33,078 nucleotides of DNA from Clostridia bacterium (GTDB lineage: Bacteria; Bacillota; Clostridia; Peptostreptococcales; Anaerovoracaceae). The number at the start of each line of letters is the position of its first letter. Within the stretch, counting starts at the first letter, position 1. Below are positions 23,696 through 32,096 of this stretch, piece after piece. The notes under the pieces are model-generated. The model worked only from the letters and a program-made list of their open reading frames with translations. It ran no database searches and was not told where the DNA came from. The position numbers and the translations under genes are program-made. Location of the stretch: assembly GCA_024403005.1 (NCBI GenBank), contig JAKSSQ010000001.1, positions 1-33,078 on the forward strand, written 5' to 3'.

Positions 23696-24885
23696 TGCAG
23701 AAATTAAAGAAAACCGCAGCGCTGCTTATGGCTCTGGTATTTGCCCTTGCCATGACAGGCTGTACGACTTACGATAACTTCCGCCATGCCTTCTTCGAAG
23801 AAGACCACCAGGACATGGAAGTTATAAAAATAGGCGTGTTTGAACCGCTCACCGGCACGGATGCGGCTGCAGCTGCAGACGAGGTGAGGGGCATGGAACT
23901 GGCTCACGAGCTGTTCCCCGAGATTGAAAACGCCAAAATAGAATTTATATACGGAGATAACCAGTCCGACGTGGAAATGGCAAGAACAGTGGCTCAGCAG
24001 CTGGTAGACCAGGGCGCAAACCTGGTGCTCGGCAGCTATAGAAGCACTCTGTCCCTTGCGGGCAGCGACATTTTCGAAGCTGCTTCCGTGCCTGTAATCT
24101 GCGCGACCTGCACAAATCCGCTGGTGACCCAGACTAACGAATTCTACTTCAGAGTCTGCTTTATCGATGCCTACCAGGGCATAAGCGCTGCAAAGTACAT
24201 TACGGATTACCTGGGCAGAACCAGTGCGGCCTGCCTTAAGAAATCCGGCGACGACTTTGCCAACGCAATGATCGAGCAGTTCCAGAAGCAGATGGAAAAG
24301 ACCTGCGGCCCCGGCAGCGTTGTTGTGGTGGAATATCCTGCAAACACAGAGGATATTACCCCTTATCTGAACCGCATCCGCGCTGCAGGAATGGACTGCG
24401 TGTTCTTCCCCAGCACTTCTGCAGACGGAAGCAATGTGCTTTCCGATGCGGAAATTTTCGGATTTAACTGGGTCGGCTGCTCCAAGTGGGCAGATATCGC
24501 AAGCTACAACAGCGATTTCACCGAATCCATGGGTTGGTTCAGCAGAATTACCTACGTACAGGACTTCGATATCGATTCCCAGCTTACGTCCATGACGGAG
24601 CAGTTTATCGATGCCTACAAGGCTAAGTACGGCGAAAACGAGACTCCCAGCGAAAGCTGCGCCCTCGGTTTCGATGCGTACCTGCTTGCCCTGCAGGGTC
24701 TTCGCGACAGCGCCGGCACCACAGACGGTGTCATCATTACAGCCAAGTTAAAGAACGTCCGCGGCCTGGAAGGCGCCACCGGTGTTATAACCATGAACTC
24801 CCAGGGTGACCCAACCAAAGACGTTGTTATAGAAGCAATAACTAGTGAAGGCTCCAAAGCCGTATTCACTGCATCCCCGAACTAA
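23695..24885 (+). CDS. LivJ-like (type I periplasmic binding fold) ABC substrate-binding lipoprotein, no cognate permease nearby
   Basis: Lipobox ...LAMTGC. IKIGVFEPLTGTDAA, GDNQSD and LVLGSYRS are typical of branched-chain/amino-acid binding proteins. TAATG junction with the racemase gene. Confidence 0.85.
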   Translation: MQKLKKTAALLMALVFALAMTGCTTYDNFRHAFFEEDHQDMEVIKIGVFEPLTGTDAAAAADEVRGMELAHELFPEIENAKIEFIYGDNQSDVEMARTVAQQLVDQGANLVLGSYRSTLSLAGSDIFEAASVPVICATCTNPLVTQTNEFYFRVCFIDAYQGISAAKYITDYLGRTSAACLKKSGDDFANAMIEQFQKQMEKTCGPGSVVVVEYPANTEDITPYLNRIRAAGMDCVFFPSTSADGSNVLSDAEIFGFNWVGCSKWADIASYNSDFTESMGWFSRITYVQDFDIDSQLTSMTEQFIDAYKAKYGENETPSESCALGFDAYLLALQGLRDSAGTTDGVIITAKLKNVRGLEGATGVITMNSQGDPTKDVVIEAITSEGSKAVFTASPN

Positions 24886-24900
24886 TAAAGGAGAATTAAA

Positions 24901-25128
24901 ATGACAGAACAGATTAAGAGCGCACTTGAACAGATTCGTCCCTTCCTGCAGAGAGACGGCGGCGACGTACAGTTCGTTGAATATGCAGACGGTATCGTTA
25001 AGGTACTCCTCGAAGGCCACTGCGCAGGCTGCCCCCACGCTCAGGCTACAGTAAAGGGCGGAATTGAAACAATGCTTAAGGAACAGTTCCCCGAAATCGT
25101 TGCAGTAGAAGCAGTTAACCAGTATTAA
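24901..25128 (+). CDS. NifU-like (Nfu C-terminal domain) Fe-S cluster carrier
   Basis: 75 aa with IRPFLQRDGGDV...V.L.GHCAGCP (CxxC). Confidence 0.9.
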   Translation: MTEQIKSALEQIRPFLQRDGGDVQFVEYADGIVKVLLEGHCAGCPHAQATVKGGIETMLKEQFPEIVAVEAVNQY

Positions 25129-25136
25129 TTTTTAAA

Positions 25137-26594
25137 ATGACCGAACCTCGTACAAGATCAAGATCCGAAGAAAGAAAGGCTGCAAGAGCCAGAAAGAAGA
25201 GAATCCGCGTAAACTGGATGCGCATGAGCTGCGCTCTGCTCGTCCTGTTTGCACTTATTTTTGCAGGCCTCCTGTTCTGGCCCATCAGTGCGACCGAAGA
25301 ACCGGAAATCATAGAAGAACCGGAAGTTATCGAACCCATCCATCTTTCCTTAAGATGCGCAGGGGACATTATGTGCCACAAGCCTCAGCTTAATGCTGCC
25401 TACGACAGTGCGTCCCAGTCCTATAAATTCGACGAAGACTACAAGTACGTAGCTCCTTATATTCAGGAAGCAGACCTGGCTCTGGCAAACGTTGAAACCA
25501 CATTCAGGGGCGACGGAAATTATAAGGGATATCCCATATTCAATGCTCCCGAATCTCTGGCATCCGCAATTAAGAATGCGGGCTTTGACGTTGCGTTCAC
25601 ATCCAACAACCACATGATCGACACAGGCATGGCCGGTGTTCAGAACACTATCGATGTCCTCCGCAAGTACGGTCTTACTACAGTTGGGTCACGCCACGAA
25701 GGCGAAAACAGATCCGCTATCGTAGATGTTAACGGAGTTAAGGTCGGTATCGTCGCATATACCTACGAATCTCCCATCGTTAACGGTTACAGAACCATTA
25801 ACGGCAACTACATCCCCAAGGGCGGAAACGACCTGATCAATTCCTTCAGAAGCGACTCCAGGCTGGCCTACGCCATCGACGAAGACCGCGCTGCCATCGC
25901 ATCTGAAATCCAGTGGTGCAGAAATAACGGCGCTCAGATCGTTGTTACTTACTTCCACTGGGGCATTGAATACCAGAGAAAGCAGTCCGACAGCGAAATT
26001 AAGATGGCTCAGTTTGCTGCAGACGCAGGTGCAGACATTATCTTTGCGTCTCACCCCCATCTGCTGCAGGGCATCGACAAGTTCGAAATCCAGGTTAAGT
26101 ATCCCGAACCTGAACCCGAACCCGAGCCGGAAATCGTAGAAGAACCGAAGGATCCCTTCGTAATCCGTCTGCGCAAGCTCTTCGGCTTAATTAAGGAACC
26201 TGAACCCGAACCGGAACCTGAACCCGAACCCAAGCCCGAATACTGGACAAAGGTTGTTCCCGTATTCTATTCCATGGGCAACTTTATCTCCAACCAGCGT
26301 ATCGAAACTTTAAGCGATTACACAGCTAACGCAAGATATACAGAGCAGGGCATGCTGGCATGTGTAGATCTGGATTACAATCCGGAAACTCTGGAAATCT
26401 CCAACGTTGTAATCAAGTGCATCCCGACCTGGGTGGAAAAGTACAACAAGAACGGTAAAACTACTTACTACATAATTCCCCTTGCAGGCGATTTCGAAAA
26501 CAACCCTGAACTCAATGCAAGCGGACACGTTAATAGAGCAAAGAATGCGCGCCAGGACGTTATCGATCTTGTAGGCGCAGAATATGTCTACTAA
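25137..26594 (+). CDS. CapA/PGA_cap family metallophosphoesterase-like membrane-anchored protein with (Pro-Glu)n insertions
   Basis: Basic N-terminus plus a TM anchor. CapA motifs CAGDIM.H, ANVET, TSNNH, HWGIEY, ASHPH and YSMGNFISNQ. Two PE-repeat tracts interrupt the domain. Confidence 0.85.
   Translation: MTEPRTRSRSEERKAARARKKRIRVNWMRMSCALLVLFALIFAGLLFWPISATEEPEIIEEPEVIEPIHLSLRCAGDIMCHKPQLNAAYDSASQSYKFDEDYKYVAPYIQEADLALANVETTFRGDGNYKGYPIFNAPESLASAIKNAGFDVAFTSNNHMIDTGMAGVQNTIDVLRKYGLTTVGSRHEGENRSAIVDVNGVKVGIVAYTYESPIVNGYRTINGNYIPKGGNDLINSFRSDSRLAYAIDEDRAAIASEIQWCRNNGAQIVVTYFHWGIEYQRKQSDSEIKMAQFAADAGADIIFASHPHLLQGIDKFEIQVKYPEPEPEPEPEIVEEPKDPFVIRLRKLFGLIKEPEPEPEPEPEPKPEYWTKVVPVFYSMGNFISNQRIETLSDYTANARYTEQGMLACVDLDYNPETLEISNVVIKCIPTWVEKYNKNGKTTYYIIPLAGDFENNPELNASGHVNRAKNARQDVIDLVGAEYVY
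26103..26240 (+). repeat. Two in-frame (CCN-GAR)n Pro-Glu dipeptide repeat tracts inside capA-like gene
   Basis: (PE)5 at 26103-26132 and (EP)6-KPE at 26196-26240, separated by 21 codons. Confidence 0.9.
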
Positions 26595-27076
26595 TGGATA
26601 TCAGATTTGAAGTTGCAAAAAAACTGGCTAAACCGGCGCCCAAAGCCCCCGGCATTACGCTGCGGAGCATTAAAGGCCCCGGCGAGGACGGCGTCTGCTC
26701 CATGATAATAATGGCGGGCGATTATAAGCCTGTGCGCGAAAGCGCAGCTGCATTTAAGATGCTTAAAGGCTGCAATCTGGCCTGCAGGTCCAGAGGACGC
26801 AGCCTGGAGATCTACGCGGAGGGCGAGGACTGCATATATACGATTATGGAGTTCGGTCTGGGCTTGAGCTTCAACAGCGAAGACGCCATGGAGGTCATAG
26901 ATTTCTTTGCAAAGAATGTGGCCGGCACGGAGCTTAAGGCGGAAGCGATCGACATGACTACGGAAGATCTTAAGCTTTCCTGCATAGTTTCCGCTGCGGA
27001 CGACTGCGACAAAGAAGCTGTCTATTCCGCCTATGCGGCCGCTGCAGGGCGCTACGACATGGGAATTATAAAATAA
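26594..27076 (+). CDS. Hypothetical cytoplasmic protein, 160 aa
   Basis: The ATG overlaps the capA-like stop as TAATG. Codon usage looks coding and there is no TM segment or motif I recognise. Confidence 0.6.
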   Translation: MDIRFEVAKKLAKPAPKAPGITLRSIKGPGEDGVCSMIIMAGDYKPVRESAAAFKMLKGCNLACRSRGRSLEIYAEGEDCIYTIMEFGLGLSFNSEDAMEVIDFFAKNVAGTELKAEAIDMTTEDLKLSCIVSAADDCDKEAVYSAYAAAAGRYDMGIIK

Positions 27077-27095
27077 TTTGTCAAAATTGATGCAA

Positions 27096-27147
27096 ATCAG
27101 CCTTTTGGACAGGTTTTAGGGCCTGAACCAACGGGCTGATTTTTTTA
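27096..27147 (+). terminator. Rho-independent terminator of the ligase-to-hypothetical operon
   Basis: Long imperfect hairpin ATCAGCC..TTGG...CCAA..GGCTGAT followed by TTTTTTT. Confidence 0.75.
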
Positions 27148-27357
27148 TATCTTTATGCATAAAGGGTTAAATATGCAGAAAAACCGCGAATATTTGCAAA
27201 ATTTAATGCATTGGAATGTATAAATGAAACACCTGGCTGCGTGTGCGTCCTTTCAGCCCTGCGGGCTGATGGGGTCACTGCCCGAAACCCCTTATATTGC
27301 AAGGGATTCGGGGTTTGAAAAAATTTCAGAAAAATTGAAAAATCTTTCAAAAAACAC

Positions 27358-27386
27358 TTGAAAGTATTCATGGAGTGTTGTATATT
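27358..27386 (+). promoter_or_regulatory. Strong SigA-type promoter of the S10 ribosomal protein operon
   Basis: TTGAAA (27358-27363), 17-nt spacer, TATATT (27381-27386). It is preceded by an A-tract-rich UP-like region with two more TTGAAA copies. Confidence 0.65.
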
Positions 27387-27478
27387 AATAGGGCTTGCTT
27401 TGGGCGGGTAAATGGTTGAAAAAACCTTCCGACCCAGCGTAGAAGCAGAAAGTTGCAGAGCTATCTGGTAATTTCTGC

Positions 27479-27527
27479 CGAGAATTGTCAGGCCTTCCGA
27501 GCCTGGCGAAGGAGTTCTCGCATTTTT
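27479..27527 (+). terminator. Terminator-like hairpin inside the S10 leader (candidate attenuator)
   Basis: Outer stem CGAGAA (27479-84) / TTCTCG (27515-20), inner stem CAGGC/GCCTG, then CATTTTTGCTTT. It lies about 130 nt downstream of the predicted TSS and about 190 nt upstream of rpsJ. Confidence 0.45.
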
Positions 27528-27712
27528 GCTTTGAGTAGAAATTCAGGAAACACACGGTAGCGTGTACCGAAAGGACGCAAAGCTGGGAAACCTTGAAAAT
27601 TCAAGGCAAGACGCAAGAAAAACCGTCACACAGATATAGCGAAAATGTGTGAAAAGACAAACGGTGAAGACGGAATTCACCAAGCAAACACTAGAAAGGA
27701 ATTTTAAACACA

Positions 27713-28021
27713 ATGAGTAGTCAGAAAATCAGAGTAAGACTCAAGGCTTATGACCACAAGGCTTTAGACCAGTCCGCAGAAAGAATTGTTGAGACTGCAA
27801 AGAAGACAGGCGCAGAAGTTAGCGGCCCCATCCCCCTTCCCACAGAAAAGCAGGTGGTTACAATCCTGAGAGCTGTTCACAAGTATAAGGACAGCAGAGA
27901 ACAGTTCGAACAGAGAACTCACAAGAGACTCATCGATATCCTGAACCCGACAGCAAAGACAATCGACGCTCTCACAAAGCTCGACATGCCCGCAGGCGTA
28001 GATATCGAAATTAAACTGTAA
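27713..28021 (+). CDS. rpsJ: 30S ribosomal protein S10
   Basis: [26 protein letters not shown]...[14 protein letters not shown]. Confidence 0.97.
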   Translation: MSSQKIRVRLKAYDHKALDQSAERIVETAKKTGAEVSGPIPLPTEKQVVTILRAVHKYKDSREQFEQRTHKRLIDILNPTAKTIDALTKLDMPAGVDIEIKL

Positions 28022-28124
28022 GTACTAGAGTAACGATAGATTACTAATGTGCTTAGAATGATTGCCGTTGATGAGCAATAAAGCTTCAGACGACAATCCG
28101 CTGTAAGAACTTAGGAGGAAAAAC

Positions 28125-28757
28125 ATGAAAGGCATCTTAGGTAAGAAGATCGGTATGACACAGATCTTCTCCGAAGCAGGAGAAATGATTCCTGTAACAG
28201 TCATTGAAGCCGGCCCCTGCGTGGTAACCCAGCTCAAGACTGAAGAAACCGACGGCTACAAGGCTGTACAGATGGGTTTCGAAGACCAGAAGGAACAGAG
28301 ACTGACAAAGCCCGCTAAGGGACACTTCGCAAAGGCAAACGTTGCCTGCAAGAAGTATGTCGGCGAATTCAGACTGGCAGAAGAAGAAAACTACGAACTT
28401 GGCCAGACAATCACAGCAGCAGACTTCGAAGAAGGCGCTAAGCTGGACATCACAGGCACTTCCAAGGGTAAGGGAACTCAGGGTAACATCAAGAGACACC
28501 ACCACAGAAGAGGACCTATGAGCCACGGTTCCAAGCACAAGAGACTCCCCGGTGGTCTCGCAGCTGCTACATATCCTTCCAGAGTATTCCTTGGAAACAA
28601 GGCTCCCGGAAGAATGGGCAGAGATACAGTAACAATGCAGAACTTAGAACTTGTTAAGGTAATCGCAGACAGAAACCTGATGCTCGTTAAGGGCGCTGTT
28701 CCCGGAAACAAGGGCGGACTTCTCCGCATCAAGTATGCAGTTAAGGGACAGAAATAA
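28125..28757 (+). CDS. rplC: 50S ribosomal protein L3
   Basis: [15 protein letters not shown]...[10 protein letters not shown], plus the GKGTQG loop. AGGAGG SD. Confidence 0.97.
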   Translation: MKGILGKKIGMTQIFSEAGEMIPVTVIEAGPCVVTQLKTEETDGYKAVQMGFEDQKEQRLTKPAKGHFAKANVACKKYVGEFRLAEEENYELGQTITAADFEEGAKLDITGTSKGKGTQGNIKRHHHRRGPMSHGSKHKRLPGGLAAATYPSRVFLGNKAPGRMGRDTVTMQNLELVKVIADRNLMLVKGAVPGNKGGLLRIKYAVKGQK

Positions 28758-28781
28758 CGAGGTTAGAAAGGAGGAAGTCAA

Positions 28782-29405
28782 ATGGCAAAAGTTACTATGT
28801 TAACAATGGCTGGTGCTGAAGCAGGCGTTATCGAACTGAACGACGCTATCTTCGGAATCGAGCCCAACGAATACGCAGTACATGCAATTATCAAAAACTA
28901 CCTGGCTAACCAGAGACAGGGCACACAGTCCGCTAAGACAAGAGGCGATGTTCGCGGAGGCGGCAGAAAGCCTTTCAGACAGAAGGGTACAGGTCGTCAC
29001 AGACAGGGTTCCACAACAGATCCTTCCCAGATCGGTGGTGGCGTAGTATTCGCACCCAAGCCCAGAAGCTACAGATACACAGTTCCCAAGAAGCTTAAGA
29101 GACTGGCAATGCTCTCCGCTCTCTCTTCCAAGGTTGCTGAAAACGAAATCATCGTTCTCGACAAGCTGGAAATGAGCGAACCCAAGACAAAGGAAATGAT
29201 CAAGGTTCTCGAAGCTGTAAAGGCTGGCAAGAAGTCCCTGATCGTAACAGCTGCTAACGATACAAACGTAATCAAGAGCGCTGCTAACATCCCTGGCGTT
29301 ACAACAACAACAGTTGGCCAGATGAACGTATACGAAATCATCAACCATGTAAGCTTCATCATCACAAAGGATGCTGTAGCTAAGCTCGAGGAGGTATATG
29401 CATAA
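28782..29405 (+). CDS. rplD: 50S ribosomal protein L4
   Basis: ...RQGTQSAKTRGDVRGGGRKPFRQKGTGRHRQGS... Confidence 0.97.
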   Translation: MAKVTMLTMAGAEAGVIELNDAIFGIEPNEYAVHAIIKNYLANQRQGTQSAKTRGDVRGGGRKPFRQKGTGRHRQGSTTDPSQIGGGVVFAPKPRSYRYTVPKKLKRLAMLSALSSKVAENEIIVLDKLEMSEPKTKEMIKVLEAVKAGKKSLIVTAANDTNVIKSAANIPGVTTTTVGQMNVYEIINHVSFIITKDAVAKLEEVYA

Positions 29406-29695
29406 TGAGAACTCCTTATGACGTAATTATCACACCCGTTATCTCTGAAAAGAGCATGGACGACGCTGCTGATAAGAAGTACACATTCAAGGTTGCTAAG
29501 GATGCAACAAAGCCCGAAATCAAGGCTGCTGTAGAAGAAGCTTTCGGCGTATCCGTAGTAAAGGTAAACGTAAGCAATTACGACGGCAAAGTTAAGAGAC
29601 AAGGAAAGTATGTTGGCAGAACAGCTTCTTACAAGAAGGCTATCGTAACACTCTCCGAATCCAGCAAGACAATCGAGTTCTTCGAAGGACTCTAA
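29405..29695 (+). CDS. rplW: 50S ribosomal protein L23
   Basis: DVIITPVISEKS...YTFKV...KPEIKAAVEEAFGV. TAATG junction with rplD. Confidence 0.97.
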   Translation: MRTPYDVIITPVISEKSMDDAADKKYTFKVAKDATKPEIKAAVEEAFGVSVVKVNVSNYDGKVKRQGKYVGRTASYKKAIVTLSESSKTIEFFEGL

Positions 29696-29713
29696 AGTAG
29701 GAGGAATTAAACA

Positions 29714-30547
29714 ATGGGTATTAAAAAGTATAAGCCGACTACTCCGGGTTTAAGAGGAATGACAGTCTCCACATTCGAAGAGATCACAACATCCACTCCG
29801 GAAAAGTCCCTGACATACACATTAAAGAAGAATGCAGGACGTAACAACAGAGGCTGCATCACCGTTAGACATCAGGGCGGTGGTTACAGAAGAAAGTACA
29901 GAGTTATCGACTTCAAGAGAAACAAGGACGATATCGCTGCTACAGTAAAGACTATTGAATACGATCCTAACAGAACAGCTAATATCGCACTGGTTTGCTA
30001 CGCAGACGGTGAAAAGAGATACATCATCGCTCCCAACGGACTCAAGGTTGGCGACGTTCTCTTCTCCGGCGCAGCTGCTGACATCAAGGTTGGCAACGCA
30101 CTGCCCCTCGCAAACATTCCTGTAGGTACAATCATCCACAACATCGAACTCAAGCCTGGCAAGGGCGCTCAGCTCTGCAGAGCAGCTGGTAACGGTGCTC
30201 AGCTCATGGCTAAGGAAGGTGCTTACGCTCAGGTAAGACTCCCGTCCGGCGAAGTTAGAAAGATTGCTATGAACTGCAGAGCAACTATCGGCGAAGTTGG
30301 CAACATCGACCACGAACTGATTTCCATCGGTAAGGCAGGAAGAAAGAGACACATGGGTATCCGCCCGACAGTACGCGGTTCCGTAATGAACCCGAACGAT
30401 CACCCCCACGGCGGCGGCGAAGGCAAGGCACCCGTTGGTCGTCCTGGTCCTGTTACTCCCTGGGGTAAGCCTGCTCTTGGTTACAAGACAAGAAAGAAGA
30501 ACAAGGCTTCTAACCAGTACATCGTTAAGAGAAGAAATCAGAAGTAG
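29714..30547 (+). CDS. rplB: 50S ribosomal protein L2
   Basis: [15 protein letters not shown]..., [33 protein letters not shown]. Confidence 0.97.
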   Translation: MGIKKYKPTTPGLRGMTVSTFEEITTSTPEKSLTYTLKKNAGRNNRGCITVRHQGGGYRRKYRVIDFKRNKDDIAATVKTIEYDPNRTANIALVCYADGEKRYIIAPNGLKVGDVLFSGAAADIKVGNALPLANIPVGTIIHNIELKPGKGAQLCRAAGNGAQLMAKEGAYAQVRLPSGEVRKIAMNCRATIGEVGNIDHELISIGKAGRKRHMGIRPTVRGSVMNPNDHPHGGGEGKAPVGRPGPVTPWGKPALGYKTRKKNKASNQYIVKRRNQK

Positions 30548-30565
30548 TTGAAGGAGGACACATAA

Positions 30566-30838
30566 ATGAGCAGATCCTTAAAGAAGGGCCCGTTCGTAGA
30601 TGCAAAGCTGCTTAAGGCAGTAGATGCTATGAACGCAGCTAACGATAAGAAGGTCATCAAGACCTGGTCCAGACCATCAACTATCTTCCCCCAGATGGTA
30701 GGACACACAATTGCTGTATACGACGGCAAGAAGCACGTTCCCGTATACATCACAGAAGACATGGTAGGACATCGCCTTGGCGAATTCGCTCCTACAAGAA
30801 CATTCAGAGGACACGCTGGTTCCTCCAAGGTTAAGTAA
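30566..30838 (+). CDS. rpsS: 30S ribosomal protein S19
   Basis: [12 protein letters not shown]...[27 protein letters not shown]. Confidence 0.97.
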   Translation: MSRSLKKGPFVDAKLLKAVDAMNAANDKKVIKTWSRPSTIFPQMVGHTIAVYDGKKHVPVYITEDMVGHRLGEFAPTRTFRGHAGSSKVK

Positions 30839-30853
30839 GGAAGGAGATATACA

Positions 30854-31186
30854 ATGGAAGCAAAAGCACTTGCAAAATATGTAAGAATGTCTCCGACAAA
30901 GATTGCACCTGTTGCCGATCTGGTAAGAGGTAAGAACCTTCAGGAGGCACTGACCATCTTAAAGTTCACACCGGGTAAGGCATCCGAATTCATCGAAAAG
31001 GTTGTTCAGTCTGCAGCAGCAAACGCTGAAAACAATTTCGACATGGATCCTTCCAAGCTCTATGTAGCAGAAATCTGCGTTAACCAGGGCCCCACAATGA
31101 AGCGCTGGAGAGCAGGTGCTCAGGGTAGAGCTGGCATGATTCTCAAGAGAAGCAGCCACATCGGCGTTACTTTAAAGGAAAGATAA
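30854..31186 (+). CDS. rplV: 50S ribosomal protein L22
   Basis: EAKALAKYVRMSPTKIAPVADLVRGK...ALTILKFTP... Confidence 0.97.
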   Translation: MEAKALAKYVRMSPTKIAPVADLVRGKNLQEALTILKFTPGKASEFIEKVVQSAAANAENNFDMDPSKLYVAEICVNQGPTMKRWRAGAQGRAGMILKRSSHIGVTLKER

Positions 31187-31202
31187 TCATTAGGAGGTTA
31201 TT

Positions 31203-32078
31203 ATGGGTCAGAAAGTAAGCCCGCATGGATTCAGAGTGGGCGTTATCCAGGACTGGGATTCCAAGTGGTATGCAGATAAGAAGAACTTCGCTGATTATCT
31301 TGTTGAAGACAACAAAGTCAGAGAATTCGTAAAGAAGAAGCTCTATCTCGCAGGCGTATCCAAGGTTGTCATCGAAAGAGCAGGCGAAATGAAGGTTAGC
31401 GTGCTCACAGCTAAGCCGGGCATGGTTATCGGCAGAGGCGGCGACGGCATCGATCAGCTGAAGAGCGAAATCGAAAAGCTCACAGGCAAGTCCGTAATCA
31501 TTAATATTGTAGAACTCAGAAGACCTGAAACAGATGCACAGCTCACAGCTGAAAGCATTGCTCAGGCTCTGGAAAAGAGAGTATCCTTCAGAAGAGCCAT
31601 GAAGCAGGCAATCCAGAGAACTATGAAGTCTGGTTGCAAGGGTATCAAGGTTGTTATCAGCGGCCGTGTAGGCGGTGCTGAAATCGCTAGAAGCGAAAAG
31701 TACTCTGAAGGTAATGTTCCTCTTCACACACTCCGTGCGAACATCGACTACGGCTTCACAGAAGCTGATACACAGTATGGCCGCATCGGCGTAAAGGTTT
31801 GGATCAACCAGGGTGAAGTACTCGAAAAGGGTCTCATTCCTTCCATTCCCGAAGAAAAGGAAACAAAGCGCGAAGGTCGCGGTAAGAGAGATGGCCGTAG
31901 AGAAAGAAGAGACGGCGATCGCAGAGACAGAAGAGACGGCCGCAAGGGTGGCAGATTCGAAGAAAGAGAAGTTAAGAAGTTCGAAAATCCCCGCAAGCGT
32001 CCCGCTAAGCCTGTCGTAGAAGAAGTTGTAGAAGAAGCTGTAAGCGAAGTGGAAACCTCCGCTCCTGCAGAAGAATAA
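31203..32078 (+). CDS. rpsC: 30S ribosomal protein S3 with a long Arg/Asp/Glu-rich C-terminal extension
   Basis: [14 protein letters not shown]..., KH domain, ...[14 protein letters not shown]. About 84 further residues follow, including [19 protein letters not shown]. Confidence 0.95.
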   Translation: MGQKVSPHGFRVGVIQDWDSKWYADKKNFADYLVEDNKVREFVKKKLYLAGVSKVVIERAGEMKVSVLTAKPGMVIGRGGDGIDQLKSEIEKLTGKSVIINIVELRRPETDAQLTAESIAQALEKRVSFRRAMKQAIQRTMKSGCKGIKVVISGRVGGAEIARSEKYSEGNVPLHTLRANIDYGFTEADTQYGRIGVKVWINQGEVLEKGLIPSIPEEKETKREGRGKRDGRRERRDGDRRDRRDGRKGGRFEEREVKKFENPRKRPAKPVVEEVVEEAVSEVETSAPAEE

Positions 32079-32096
32079 AGGAAGGAGGACCAAGCT

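Noticed and set aside
27321-27335. AAATTTCAGAAAAAT matches the CodY box AATTTTCWGAAAATT at 13 of 15 positions.
   Set aside because: It lies in an A/T-tract UP-like region where such matches arise by chance. CodY control of the S10 operon is not expected. It cannot be supported without a genome-wide PWM background.
27153-27371. 72-aa minus-strand ORF, plus a 45-codon + strand ORF (27224-27361), in the rpsJ upstream region.
   Set aside because: Neither has a convincing SD. Both run through A-tract and promoter DNA with implausible composition. The region is more likely regulatory or non-coding.
27487-27516. GUCAGGCC...GGCGAAGGAG string that superficially recalls the SRP RNA domain IV motif (GUCAGGUCCGGAAGGAAGCAGC).
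   Set aside because: The loop and arm arrangement does not reproduce the conserved GGAA tetraloop or the symmetric and asymmetric loops. The flanking helix 5/8 context is also absent. It is better explained as the leader terminator-like hairpin.
28022-28124. Relatively long (103 nt) rpsJ-rplC spacer, examined for an internal regulatory structure or small ORF.
   Set aside because: Only 4-bp stems are present, and there is no promoter, terminator or ORF signal. I treat it as a plain intercistronic spacer.
31167-32093. 308-aa ORF on the - strand opposite rpsC.
   Set aside because: This is an antisense shadow of ribosomal protein S3, with no translation signals.
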